DNA of 64,000 nt, from NCBI GenBank assembly GCA_028704885.1, contig JAQWEN010000001.1, forward strand, positions 222,679 through 286,678. Reading direction: 5' to 3'. The translations under genes and the position numbers were made by a program. Below, piece after piece: positions 26,429-36,042 of this stretch (position 1 is its first letter; each line of letters opens with the position of its first letter). The stretch comes from Candidatus Shapirobacteria bacterium (GTDB lineage: Bacteria; Patescibacteriota; Microgenomatia; UBA12405). Under the pieces are notes generated by a model. The model searched no databases. It was given only the letters and a program-made list of their open reading frames with translations, and was not told where the DNA came from.

Positions 26429-27979
26429 ATGTCAGTTTTTCATTTAAAATATAGACCAATTAAGTTTTCCGATCTTGATTTGACTGATGTGGCAAGTAGT
26501 TTAAAGAAGTATTTAGCTGGCAAAGATGTACCTCAATCGTTTTTATTTTCTGGACCTAAAGGGGCTGGGAAGACGTCAGCGGCGAGAATTTTGGCCAGAG
26601 CGGTAAATTGTACTGACTTACAGAACGGCGAACCTTGTGGAAAATGTGAAAATTGTAAAGAAATAATAAAAGGCGGAGCAATGGATATTATTGAAATGGA
26701 TGGAGCTTCGAATCGAGGAATTGAAGATGTTAGAAGTTTAAAAGATAAAGCCTATTTATTGCCAAGTAAATTAAGTAAAAAAGTTTTCATTATAGATGAA
26801 GTTCACATGTTAACAAAAGATGCTTTTAATGCACTTTTGAAGTTAATTGAAGAACCGCCAAAACATACAATTTTTATTTTATGCACCACAGACTCAGAAA
26901 AGATTCCAGAAACAGTTTTATCAAGATTGGTTAGAGTTGATTTTAGAAAAGGTGGAAAAAGTGAATTGATGAGTTCTTTGCAAAAAATTATAGAAGGTGA
27001 GGGAATTGAAATTGCCAAAGAAGCGATTGATTTTATCGTGGAAAAAAGTGATGGAAGTTTTAGAAATTTACAAAGAAATTTTAATGAATTGTATTTACAA
27101 TTAGGTAAAAAATTAAAAACTGATGAAGTTTTTAAATTTTATTTGGATAAAAGTGGTAGTTATAGTGAAGAAAATTTTGATAAAGATTTAGACGAGGGAA
27201 ATATAAAATTAATTTTGGAAAAACTGGAAAAAATGGCAAACGATGGAATCGATTTTTCTAGTTTTAGATTAAAATTGATGAACTTTTTTCAAAAGAAAAT
27301 TTTGGCATTTTACGGAATAGGAGATAATAAAAATATTGGATTAAATTTGGAAGAATCGGAGTTTTTAATAAATTTATTAGTAAAAGCGTCGAAACAGGAA
27401 AAAGAAGTAGAAATAGATCAATTACCATTAGAATTGGCAGTGGTGGAATTTGTGGGACAAAAGAGAAATAATGTTGATCAAAAAAATAAAAAAGAAATTG
27501 AAATTGTAAAAGAAAAGCCAATAATTGTTGAAACTATGGCGGTTGAGGAAAAAGTAGTTGAGGCTGAAGAACCAGTAATAGTAAACCAAGATTGTACTAT
27601 CGGGGTTGAAGCAGTGGAGGAAAAATGGGGTAATTTATTAATGGCAATCAAACCTTTTAATCATTCGGTCGAAGCATTTTTAAGGGCTTCCAGACCAAAA
27701 TCGATTAAAGGTAAAACCTTACTTTTGGAAGTTTTTTATCCTTTTCATAAAGATAGATTAGAGGAGGCAAAAAATAGAAAAATAGTAGAAGAATGTATGA
27801 CTAAAGTTTTTGGAATTGATTTATGTTTTGAATGTATCTTAGGAAAAAGTAAAAAAGAACCGTTGGTAATTAAAAATGACACGCCGATGCAAAATGTTAG
27901 TGATCAATTAATGGAAAATAAAAATGACAAGGCTGGTGGTGGGGATATTTATGATGTGGCTAAAGAGATATTTGGTTGA
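26429..27979 (+). CDS. dnaX: DNA polymerase III gamma/tau
   Basis: KYRP, GPKGAGKT, C4 Zn motif, IIDEVHML. Confidence 0.96.
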   Translation: MSVFHLKYRPIKFSDLDLTDVASSLKKYLAGKDVPQSFLFSGPKGAGKTSAARILARAVNCTDLQNGEPCGKCENCKEIIKGGAMDIIEMDGASNRGIEDVRSLKDKAYLLPSKLSKKVFIIDEVHMLTKDAFNALLKLIEEPPKHTIFILCTTDSEKIPETVLSRLVRVDFRKGGKSELMSSLQKIIEGEGIEIAKEAIDFIVEKSDGSFRNLQRNFNELYLQLGKKLKTDEVFKFYLDKSGSYSEENFDKDLDEGNIKLILEKLEKMANDGIDFSSFRLKLMNFFQKKILAFYGIGDNKNIGLNLEESEFLINLLVKASKQEKEVEIDQLPLELAVVEFVGQKRNNVDQKNKKEIEIVKEKPIIVETMAVEEKVVEAEEPVIVNQDCTIGVEAVEEKWGNLLMAIKPFNHSVEAFLRASRPKSIKGKTLLLEVFYPFHKDRLEEAKNRKIVEECMTKVFGIDLCFECILGKSKKEPLVIKNDTPMQNVSDQLMENKNDKAGGGDIYDVAKEIFG

Positions 27980-28018
27980 GGTATAATAATTAAAAATTAA
28001 TAATTAAGAATTAATAAT

Positions 28019-28267
28019 ATGTTTGATAAAGCAAAAATGTTAGCCCAAGCTTATAAATTGAAGAAGGCGATCGAGGCCGAATCTTTTGAGATTGAAGAAA
28101 ATGGAGTAAAAGTAACCGTGACTGGTGATCAAAAAATTAAATTTTTGTCGGTTAATGGAATGGAAAATAAAGTTTTGGTAGATACTATTAATAAGGCGAT
28201 GAAAAAATCTCAAGAAATGGCAGCTAAAAGAATGAAGGATATGGGTGGGCTTGAAGGATTATTTTAA
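28019..28267 (+). CDS. YbaB/EbfC nucleoid-associated protein
   Basis: GVKVTVTGDQ; dnaX-ybaB-recR synteny. Confidence 0.88.
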   Translation: MFDKAKMLAQAYKLKKAIEAESFEIEENGVKVTVTGDQKIKFLSVNGMENKVLVDTINKAMKKSQEMAAKRMKDMGGLEGLF

Positions 28268-28268
28268 T

Positions 28269-28886
28269 ATGGTGGAATTACCAAAAAGCATTAAAAATTT
28301 AATTGCGGCTTTCGAAAGACTGCCGGGGATTGGGCCAAAAAGCGCTAGTCGATTGGTTTTTTATTTACTAAATACCCCAGAATCATATGTGGCCGAAATG
28401 GCCAGATCGCTTTTGGCAATTAAAAAAGAAATAAAGATATGTAAGACATGTTTTTCAGTATGCGAAGGGGAAATTTGTTCAATTTGTGATGACTCAGAGA
28501 GAAATAAAAAAATTATCTGTGTAGTGGAGAGAGCTATTGATGTAATGGCAATTGAAAATATTGGTGGCTATAAAGGCGTTTATCATGTTTTAGGTGGAGT
28601 AGTTAATCCATTGGAACATGTAGGCCCTGATGATTTAAAAATAGATGAATTAGTTAAAAGGGTTGAGGAAATAGTCACTGATGGAGAAATAGAAATTATT
28701 TTGGCGACCAACCCGACTATGGAAGGTGAGGCGACAGCTTTATATATTAAAAAAAGATTAGAAAGTTTGTCTGATAAAAATATTAAAATTTCCAGAATTG
28801 GAAGTGGTTTACCGATGGGGGCTGATCTGGAATATGCGGATCAGGCTACTTTAAGCCGAGCCATGGATGGAAGGAGAGAGATATAA
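28269..28886 (+). CDS. recR: Recombination mediator RecR
   Basis: LPGIGPKSA, C4 zinc finger, ATNPTMEGEAT. Confidence 0.97.
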   Translation: MVELPKSIKNLIAAFERLPGIGPKSASRLVFYLLNTPESYVAEMARSLLAIKKEIKICKTCFSVCEGEICSICDDSERNKKIICVVERAIDVMAIENIGGYKGVYHVLGGVVNPLEHVGPDDLKIDELVKRVEEIVTDGEIEIILATNPTMEGEATALYIKKRLESLSDKNIKISRIGSGLPMGADLEYADQATLSRAMDGRREI

Positions 28887-28892
28887 TAAATT

Positions 28893-29369
28893 ATGAATCA
28901 AATAGTAAAAGATTTTGGAAAAGGATTTAAACAATTAGGGGTAGAAACGGCGGAAAAATTAGTTAATGAAACAGGAAAAATTGCGGAATCAATAATTACG
29001 GCAAAAGAACTTTTGGGTGACATTAAACCATTAAATGATCAAGAATTGACTCAAAAGAAAGCTGAAGATGAAAGAAAAAAACAAGAAGAAATAGCAAACG
29101 TTAGATCACAAATGGCTGGTAGAAATGTAGAAAGTGAAATTGAACAAATTAGTAATCAGAAAAAAAGAGAAGAAAATGAAAAAGAAAAAATGTTTTTAGA
29201 AAATTTAAGAAGACAAAGAGAAGTCGAAAGGCAAAATCAAATTATGAATTCAGAAATAATGACGCCATCAAAACACCATAAGGATAAAGGCGGAAATAAA
29301 CATAAGACCCAACAGCCAGATGAAAGCCAAATGTCGCAAACAAGCGAGTTTAAGGGTAAAATAGATTAA
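28893..29369 (+). CDS. Charged coiled-coil hypothetical protein
   Basis: Long ORF in the operon between recR and cysS. Confidence 0.7.
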   Translation: MNQIVKDFGKGFKQLGVETAEKLVNETGKIAESIITAKELLGDIKPLNDQELTQKKAEDERKKQEEIANVRSQMAGRNVESEIEQISNQKKREENEKEKMFLENLRRQREVERQNQIMNSEIMTPSKHHKDKGGNKHKTQQPDESQMSQTSEFKGKID

Positions 29370-29372
29370 AAG

Positions 29373-30752
29373 ATGAAATTTTATAATACTTTAACTAGAG
29401 AAAAACAGGAATTTAAACCAATAAAAGAAAATGAAGTGGGGATTTATTCTTGTGGACCAACGGTTTATTCTAGCCCTCATATTGGAAATATGTATGCCTA
29501 TGTTTGTTGGGATGTTTTGGTAAGAAGTTTAAATTATTTAGGATATAAAACTAATTGGGTGATGAATATAACTGATGTGGGACATCTAACCTCTGATGCA
29601 GATAGTGGTGAAGACAAGATGGAAAAAGGGTCAAAAAAAGAAGGCTTATCAGTTTGGGAAATTGCTAAAAAATATGAAAATGAATTTTTAGAAAATTTAA
29701 AAGAATTGAATATTAAAACACCTTGGAAAATGCCAAGAGCGACTGATCATATTAATGAACAAATTGAATTAATTAAAAAAATCGAAGCTAATGGTTTTAC
29801 TTATAAAATAAGTGATGGAATTTATTTTGATACGTCGAAATTTGCTGATTATGGAAAATTTGCTAATTTGAATTTGGAAAAATTGAGAGAGGGGGCGAGG
29901 GTGGAAATTAACGAAGAAAAGAAAAACCCAGCTGATTTTGCCTTGTGGAAGTTTTCTCCTATAAATGAAAAAAGACAAATGGAATGGGAAAGTCCATGGG
30001 GAATGGGATTCCCAGGCTGGCATATTGAATGTACAGCCATGTCAACAAAATATTTAGGCGAAACTTTTGATATTCATACAGGTGGTGAAGATCATATTAA
30101 TGTTCATCATACTAATGAAATTGCACAAGGATTTGGGGCTTTTGGGCACAACACAGCTCATTATTGGATGCATAATGCTTTTATTACTTTTGCTGGATCA
30201 AAAATTAGTAAATCTAGTGGTGGTTTATATACTGTAAAAGATTTAATTGATTTGGATTTTGATCCGTTGGCCTATCGATATTTAGTATTAGGATCGCATT
30301 ATAGAAAAGGGATGGAATTTTCGTTGGAGAATTTAAAAGTAGCAGAGAATGCGTTGAATAGATTAAGGAATCTTAGAGTAGAGACGCATCATGATGCGTC
30401 TCTACATAAAATTAATCAGGCTTTTAAACAGGAATTTGTGGAGAAAATTGGTGATGATTTGGCAATGCCGGAAGTATTGGCTTTGGTTTGGAAGGTAGCT
30501 AAATCAGATTTAAATCCAGAAGAAAAATGGGCAACTATTTTGGATTTTGATAAAGTTTTGGGATTAAATTTAAATAAAGAAATTGCAGAAGAAGAAATTC
30601 CGGAGGAAATTTTAAAATTGGGAGAAGAGAGAAAAGAGGCGAGAGTAAATAAAAATTGGACAGAGTCCGACAGACTTAGGGAAATTATTAAAAATAAAGG
30701 TTATCTAGTTGAAGATTTAGAAAATACCTGTAAAATCAAACCAATAAAGTAA
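29373..30752 (+). CDS. cysS: Cysteine--tRNA ligase
   Basis: CGPTVY, HIGN, PGWHIEC, KISKS. Confidence 0.97.
   Translation: MKFYNTLTREKQEFKPIKENEVGIYSCGPTVYSSPHIGNMYAYVCWDVLVRSLNYLGYKTNWVMNITDVGHLTSDADSGEDKMEKGSKKEGLSVWEIAKKYENEFLENLKELNIKTPWKMPRATDHINEQIELIKKIEANGFTYKISDGIYFDTSKFADYGKFANLNLEKLREGARVEINEEKKNPADFALWKFSPINEKRQMEWESPWGMGFPGWHIECTAMSTKYLGETFDIHTGGEDHINVHHTNEIAQGFGAFGHNTAHYWMHNAFITFAGSKISKSSGGLYTVKDLIDLDFDPLAYRYLVLGSHYRKGMEFSLENLKVAENALNRLRNLRVETHHDASLHKINQAFKQEFVEKIGDDLAMPEVLALVWKVAKSDLNPEEKWATILDFDKVLGLNLNKEIAEEEIPEEILKLGEERKEARVNKNWTESDRLREIIKNKGYLVEDLENTCKIKPIK
30378..30405. repeat. GTAG-type REP palindrome inside the cysS coding sequence
   Basis: GTAGAGACGCATCATGATGCGTCTCTAC; same 9-bp outer arms as 7072-7099. 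Confidence 0.85.
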
Positions 30753-30790
30753 TTGTCAAATTACGCTTAATATGTTAATCTAGTGAGTTC

Positions 30791-31081
30791 ATGAAAGGAA
30801 ATAAATATCAATATCAAATTATAATGGTTTTGAACCCCAAAACCGAAGACAAAGAAAAAGTTTTAACAAAAGCTTATTCTTGGTTAGAAAGTAATAAAGC
30901 TGAAATCTCTAATAAAGATCATATGGGTCTTAAAGAGTTGGCTTACGAAATAAAAGGTCACGATAAAGGTGATTTTTGGGTCTTAGATCTAGAGTCTAAA
31001 GAACCTTTAAAAATAAAAGAATTTAATCTTTTATTAGACAGAGAAACAAATATTATTCGTTATTTAATTTTAAAAAAGTAA
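30791..31081 (+). CDS. rpsF: 30S ribosomal protein S6
   Basis: MGLKELAYEI, IIRYLI; rpsF-ssb-rpsR order. Confidence 0.93.
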   Translation: MKGNKYQYQIIMVLNPKTEDKEKVLTKAYSWLESNKAEISNKDHMGLKELAYEIKGHDKGDFWVLDLESKEPLKIKEFNLLLDRETNIIRYLILKK

Positions 31082-31093
31082 GGGGAAACATAT

Positions 31094-31591
31094 ATGCCAA
31101 GTAGATGTCTCAATAGGGTAATGTTAATCGGTAATTTAACTCGTGACCCAGAGTTAAGATATACTCCAGCTGGTATGGCTGTAGCTTCTTTTGGTTTAGC
31201 TACCAATAGAGTTTGGGTAACAAAACAAGGTGAAAGAAAAGAAGATGCTCAATTTCACCGAATTGTGGCTTGGAATAAATTAGCTGAGCTTTGTTCACAA
31301 CTTTTGTCTAAAGGCCGAAGAGTTTATGTTGATGGTAGAATTCAATATCGAGAATTTAATGATCAAGAAAACAATAAAAAGCAAATTGCTGAAATTGTGA
31401 TTGATGATATGATTATTCTTGATAATAAGGGTAACAATAATGATCATAATGTATCTGGAGATTTGGGTGGTGAGGCAGATATGTCAATTAATGAAGGTCA
31501 TGAAGCTCAAATTGAGGATATAGTTATTCCAGATGATTTGGGAGAAATTCCAGTTACTGAAGATAAAAAGGGTGAAGAAATGCCTTTTTAA
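31094..31591 (+). CDS. ssb: Single-stranded DNA-binding protein
   Basis: LIGNLTRDPELRYT; acidic tail EEMPF. Confidence 0.97.
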   Translation: MPSRCLNRVMLIGNLTRDPELRYTPAGMAVASFGLATNRVWVTKQGERKEDAQFHRIVAWNKLAELCSQLLSKGRRVYVDGRIQYREFNDQENNKKQIAEIVIDDMIILDNKGNNNDHNVSGDLGGEADMSINEGHEAQIEDIVIPDDLGEIPVTEDKKGEEMPF

Positions 31592-31600
31592 GGAGAAAAT

Positions 31601-31852
31601 ATGATTAAGAAAAGCAAAAAAGATAATATATTAGCAGCAAAAAGAAGAGGCCGAGAAAAGGGTTGTTCTTATTGCAAAACTAATACAACTCCAAATTGGC
31701 AGGAATATGAAAAAATGGGTGAATTCTTATCAGCTAGATCAAGAATTTTAGGAGCTCAGTTTAGTGGAGTTTGTGCCAAACACCAAAGAAAATTGGTTAA
31801 AGCAATTAAGCAAGCTAGACATTTGGCTTTGATGCCTTTTACAACCCAATAA
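31601..31852 (+). CDS. rpsR: 30S ribosomal protein S18
   Basis: CSYC..GVCAKHQR..AIKQARHLAL. Confidence 0.95.
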   Translation: MIKKSKKDNILAAKRRGREKGCSYCKTNTTPNWQEYEKMGEFLSARSRILGAQFSGVCAKHQRKLVKAIKQARHLALMPFTTQ

Positions 31853-31874
31853 AGGCTAATTTTGTATTTAAATT

Positions 31875-31904
31875 AAAGACCCTCCGAAATTTCGGAGGGT
31901 CTTT
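31875..31904 (+). terminator. Rho-independent terminator of rpsF-ssb-rpsR
   Basis: AAAGACCCTCCGAAATTTCGGAGGGTCTTT, nearly identical to the tsf terminator. Confidence 0.85.
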
Positions 31905-31934
31905 TCGGCCAGAGGCCGATCAGCCTGTGGCTGA
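31905..31934. repeat. Twin-hairpin REP-like element
   Basis: TCGGCC-AGA-GGCCGA followed directly by TCAGCC-TGT-GGCTGA. Confidence 0.6.
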
Positions 31935-31962
31935 GGTTATATAAACAATATATAATGAATGA

Positions 31963-32709
31963 ATGAGATCGAAAGATAAAGCCAGTTGGATAATTAAATT
32001 ACCGGCTAAGGCAAAAATTTTAGTTGAGGTTGGAGATAAAGTTTCCGAAGGTGATAAATTGGCAGTTTTTAGTAGTCATAAAATAGAAACTTTTGATTAT
32101 AGTGGCCCTTTGTCAAAGATGAATGAAAACAAAAGAGAAGAATTAAATAACTTTATTAAAGAAAAACAAGTAACATCTGGTGATATATTTTATGATTTGG
32201 GAATTTTTAAGAATAAAATTTGTTTTCCTTTAACTGGTTTGTGTTTAGGATTAGATGAATTTAAAAACTTGAGAATTGAAAAAGTAGAAAATGAAAAAAA
32301 GGAGATTTTTGCTCCAGTTGAGGCTAAAATTAGTAAGATTGAGGAAGGAAAAATGGTTTTAGAGTTTAAGGCCAAAGAATATAAAGGAGAAGGATTAAAT
32401 CAATTGAAGGCGTGGGGAGAAGGGGAAATCAAAATTATTGATGAGATTAAACTTTTGAATTTTGAATTAAATAATAATGTTTTATTTACAAAAAATTTAG
32501 ATAAAGCTTTTTTATTAAAAGCACAAGTGGTTGGGGTAAGAGCAATAGTAATATCAGATAATAATGAAATTAAGGAAGTGAATATTAACCTACCAGTATT
32601 GAGGATGGAAAAAGAAAATTGGAATGAGTTTATGAAGGAAAATTTAGGAAAAAATAAAAAAATGCTAGTCAATTCTAAAATGAATAAATTATTATTAATG
32701 TTAGAATAG
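31963..32709 (+). CDS. Hypothetical protein with barrel-sandwich-hybrid-like motif
   Basis: LVEVGDKVSEGDKLA pattern; leads the ctpA-htrA unit. Confidence 0.65.
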   Translation: MRSKDKASWIIKLPAKAKILVEVGDKVSEGDKLAVFSSHKIETFDYSGPLSKMNENKREELNNFIKEKQVTSGDIFYDLGIFKNKICFPLTGLCLGLDEFKNLRIEKVENEKKEIFAPVEAKISKIEEGKMVLEFKAKEYKGEGLNQLKAWGEGEIKIIDEIKLLNFELNNNVLFTKNLDKAFLLKAQVVGVRAIVISDNNEIKEVNINLPVLRMEKENWNEFMKENLGKNKKMLVNSKMNKLLLMLE

Positions 32710-33915
32710 ATGATGAAATTTAAATATATAAGAAATTTAGTTGTACTTTTGGCCTTATTATCGGTAGTTTCTCTTGTTAGTTTTAAAATTGGTAGAGATT
32801 CTAGTGGAGTAGTTACTAGTAACGGAGATAAGTTGAATTTATCTTTAATGTGGCAGGTGAAAGATAAATTGAATCAAATGTTCTTAGAGAAAGATAAATT
32901 GGTTGATAAAAATATGGAATATGGAGCTATTCAAGGGATGGTGGCTTCTTTAGGTGATCCGTACACAGTATTTTTACCTCCAACTGACAATAAAAGTGCT
33001 AATGAAGATTTAGCAGGTGAATTTGGAGGGGTGGGAATTTCTTTGGGTTATAAAGATAAAAATTTAGCAGTGGTGTCGCCAGTGGCTAAAAGTCCAGCTG
33101 AAAAAGCTGGAGTTAAAGCTGGAGATTTAATTTTAAAGATAACTGATAAAGCCAACAACATAGATAAAGAAACAACAGATATGTCTTTGAGCGAAGCTGT
33201 TAGTTTAATTAGGGGGAAAATAGGAACTGAAGTAACTTTAAAAATGTATCGGGAGGGTAAGAGTGATTATTTTGATGTGGTTTTGAAAAGAGATAATATT
33301 GTGGTTCCTAGTATTGAATTAGAATGGAAAGAACAGGGTGGAAAAAAGGTGGCTTGGGTTAAATTATATAAATTTACAGATACATTATTTACTGACTGGC
33401 CGGCAAAAGTGGAAGAAATTAAACAAGAAAAGGCCAAAGGTAATTTTGGAGGAATAATATTAGACTTGAGAAATAATCCAGGTGGTTATTTACAAGCCAG
33501 TGTGTTGGTAGCTTCTGATTTTGTGAAGAGTGGAACAATTGTGACTCAAAAATCTTATGATGGCAGTGAAGAAAAATATGATGTGATCGAAGGAATGGGC
33601 AATCTGTTGGACGAAAAGCTGGTAGTTTTAATAAATGGTGGTTCGGCTTCAGCATCAGAAATTTTGGCTGGGGCATTGAAAGATTTTAATCGAGCTAAAT
33701 TAGTTGGTGAAAAAAGTTTTGGAAAAGGAACAGTTCAACAACCTGAGGATTTTAAAGATGGCAGTGGACTTCATATAACTATTGCTAAATGGTTATTACC
33801 AAATGGAGCAAATATTCATAAAGTAGGAATTGAACCTGATATTGAAGTTAAGCCTGGTGATGATGCCAATGTTGATTTGCAGTTGAATAAAGCATTGGAA
33901 ACAGTTTTAAAATAG
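32710..33915 (+). CDS. S41 carboxyl-terminal protease
   Basis: PDZ, LDLRNNPGG, SASASEI, FGKG. Confidence 0.94.
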   Translation: MMKFKYIRNLVVLLALLSVVSLVSFKIGRDSSGVVTSNGDKLNLSLMWQVKDKLNQMFLEKDKLVDKNMEYGAIQGMVASLGDPYTVFLPPTDNKSANEDLAGEFGGVGISLGYKDKNLAVVSPVAKSPAEKAGVKAGDLILKITDKANNIDKETTDMSLSEAVSLIRGKIGTEVTLKMYREGKSDYFDVVLKRDNIVVPSIELEWKEQGGKKVAWVKLYKFTDTLFTDWPAKVEEIKQEKAKGNFGGIILDLRNNPGGYLQASVLVASDFVKSGTIVTQKSYDGSEEKYDVIEGMGNLLDEKLVVLINGGSASASEILAGALKDFNRAKLVGEKSFGKGTVQQPEDFKDGSGLHITIAKWLLPNGANIHKVGIEPDIEVKPGDDANVDLQLNKALETVLK

Positions 33916-33920
33916 ATTTT

Positions 33921-34904
33921 ATGAAAAAAGGAATCATTATTGGTTTGTTTTTGGGAGTATTAATAACTGGATTGATCTTTATATTTCTTAATAAAAAAGA
34001 AGTTGTAAGTGTCAAAAAAGAAATCGTTAATGAGGAATCAGTGGTGACTAAAGTAGTGGAAGAATCAACTCCAAGCGTGGTAACGATTAGAACAGAACAA
34101 GACGTAGGAACAGGTTTTATTATTAGCAGCGATGGTTTGATTGTGACCAATAAACATGTAGTGGCTGATGTAACAGTTAGTTATAAAGTAGTGATTGGAA
34201 AAGATGAAGTAGTGGAAGTTAAAAATATTTATAGAGACCCCTTAAATGATTTGGCTATTATTAAGATAGAAAAAACTAACTTAAATATGGTTAATTTAGG
34301 TGATTCGGATAAATTAAAAGTTGGCCAATCAGTAATTGCGATTGGGACAGCTTTAGGGGAATTTAGATCAACAGTGACAACTGGAGTGATTTCGGGATTG
34401 GGCAGAGGGATTACGGCCGGAGCTGTTGGTGAAACAGAAAAATTGGATAATGTAATTCAAACTGATGCGGCTATTAATCCTGGTAATTCCGGGGGTCCAT
34501 TATTTAATTCGAGCGGCGAGGTAATTGGGGTAAACGTGGCGGTATCGCAGAGTGGTCAAAATATTGGTTTTGCTTTACCGATTAATTTAATTAAAGAATC
34601 CATTGCTTATTTTAGAAAAACAGGGGAGTTTGAAAGGCCTTATTTAGGCGTGGGCTATAAAATGATAAAAGATTCTGGGGCTTGGGTGCAAAGTGTTTCT
34701 GAAAATAGTCCCGCATTTAAGGCTGGAATTGAAAAAGGAGATATTATTACCGAAGTCGATTCGGAAAAATTAATAGATAGTGATAGCGGTGATTTAGTGA
34801 AAGTGATTAATACAAAAAAGATTGGTGATGTAATTGAAGTAAAAATCTGGCGAGAAAAAATAGAAAAAACTATTAAAGTGACTTTAGAAAAGAAAATTAA
34901 TTAG
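33921..34904 (+). CDS. HtrA/DegP-like serine protease with PDZ
   Basis: [18 protein letters not shown]. Confidence 0.94.
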   Translation: MKKGIIIGLFLGVLITGLIFIFLNKKEVVSVKKEIVNEESVVTKVVEESTPSVVTIRTEQDVGTGFIISSDGLIVTNKHVVADVTVSYKVVIGKDEVVEVKNIYRDPLNDLAIIKIEKTNLNMVNLGDSDKLKVGQSVIAIGTALGEFRSTVTTGVISGLGRGITAGAVGETEKLDNVIQTDAAINPGNSGGPLFNSSGEVIGVNVAVSQSGQNIGFALPINLIKESIAYFRKTGEFERPYLGVGYKMIKDSGAWVQSVSENSPAFKAGIEKGDIITEVDSEKLIDSDSGDLVKVINTKKIGDVIEVKIWREKIEKTIKVTLEKKIN

Positions 34905-35628
34905 TTTTATTTTCTTCTTCTGGTTGGTCAAGGACGGTGAGTTCGAGAAATAAATCGTCTAAATTACCCTGCATAATGCTGTCCAAGTTATTAAATGTTT
35001 TGTCGATTCTATGGTCTTTTATTTGATTTCTGGGGTAATTATATGTTCGGATTTTATCGGCACGAGTTGATTGACTGATATTGGCACGACCAGCAGAGAC
35101 TTGAGAGGCGCGTTTTTCTTCTTCCAACTGATAAAGTTTGTTTTTAAGTAATTCAAGAGCAATTTCTCGATTTTGTTGTTGATAACGTTCGGTGCGGACA
35201 TCAAACATTAAACCAGTGGGTTTATGAACTAAATGAATGGCAGTGGAAACTTTATTAACATTTTGACCACCATTACCGCCAGCGCGACAGGCGGTGATGG
35301 TAACATCTTCCATTCTAAAATTGACCTCTTTAGAGTCGATTTTAGGCATGACAGCGATTGAAGCGGTAGAAGTTTGAATACGGCCTCTTTTTTCAGTTTC
35401 TGGAATACGTTGAACACGATGAGTGCCAGCTTCGTATTTTAATTGATTATAAGCATCAAAGCCGGTTATTTGGATGATAAAGCCGTCGATTTGACGGACT
35501 TTCCAACCAACTTTATTAGCATAGCGGATATACATGTTCATTAAATCTTGGGCCCAAAGAGTTGCCTCTTGGCCGCCAGGACCGGGGTGAAATTCCATAA
35601 TGGCAATGTTGTTGTTGATATTAGGCAT
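34897..35628 (-). CDS. prfA: Peptide chain release factor 1 lacking the N-terminal domain
   Basis: [10 protein letters not shown] (PxT), GGQNVNK, IRTYN; downstream of rpmE. Confidence 0.85.
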   Translation of the reverse strand: MPNINNNIAIMEFHPGPGGQEATLWAQDLMNMYIRYANKVGWKVRQIDGFIIQITGFDAYNQLKYEAGTHRVQRIPETEKRGRIQTSTASIAVMPKIDSKEVNFRMEDVTITACRAGGNGGQNVNKVSTAIHLVHKPTGLMFDVRTERYQQQNREIALELLKNKLYQLEEEKRASQVSAGRANISQSTRADKIRTYNYPRNQIKDHRIDKTFNNLDSIMQGNLDDLFLELTVLDQPEEENKTN

Positions 35629-35671
35629 AATTTTAAATTTAAAATTTTTAATTTTTAATAAAATGTAATAA

Positions 35672-35709
35672 AAAAACCGCCAAATTTACAAGAAATTAAA
35701 GCGGTTTTT
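35672..35709 (-). terminator. Terminator-like hairpin after rpmE
   Basis: AAAAACCGC...GCGGTTTTT. Confidence 0.5.
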
Positions 35710-35716
35710 AGAGTAG

Positions 35717-35971
35717 CTAATTTGATTTTTTGACTGTTTTTTTTGCAGCTTTAGCAGCAGCATATTTTTTACCTTGGTTGACTTTTTCTTTAAACTTATC
35801 AATTCTTCCTTTAATGTCGACAAATTTTTGTTGACCAGTAAAGAAAGGATGACATTTAGAACAAACTTCAACGTCGATTTTTTCCAGAGTTGAACCAGTG
35901 GTAAATTTATTGCCACAGGCACAAGTGACTTGGCAATTATCAAAATATTTAGGATGAATTCCTTGTTTCAT
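35717..35971 (-). CDS. rpmE: 50S ribosomal protein L31
   Basis: [23 protein letters not shown]. Confidence 0.97.
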   Translation of the reverse strand: MKQGIHPKYFDNCQVTCACGNKFTTGSTLEKIDVEVCSKCHPFFTGQQKFVDIKGRIDKFKEKVNQGKKYAAAKAAKKTVKKSN

Positions 35972-36006
35972 AGGGTCTATTATAACAGAAAAATTAAAAA
36001 AAAGAT

Positions 36007-36035
36007 TATTGTTCCCCGTACCGCGGGGAACAATA
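36007..36035. terminator. 12-bp-stem hairpin after hisS (terminator or REP)
   Basis: TATTGTTCCCCG-TACCG-CGGGGAACAATA. Confidence 0.6.
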
Positions 36036-36042
36036 TGTCAGC

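Noticed and set aside
36007-36035. Resemblance to a type I-E CRISPR repeat (GTTCCCCG...CGGGGA)
   Set aside because: Single copy, no spacers and no cas genes; better explained as a terminator or REP
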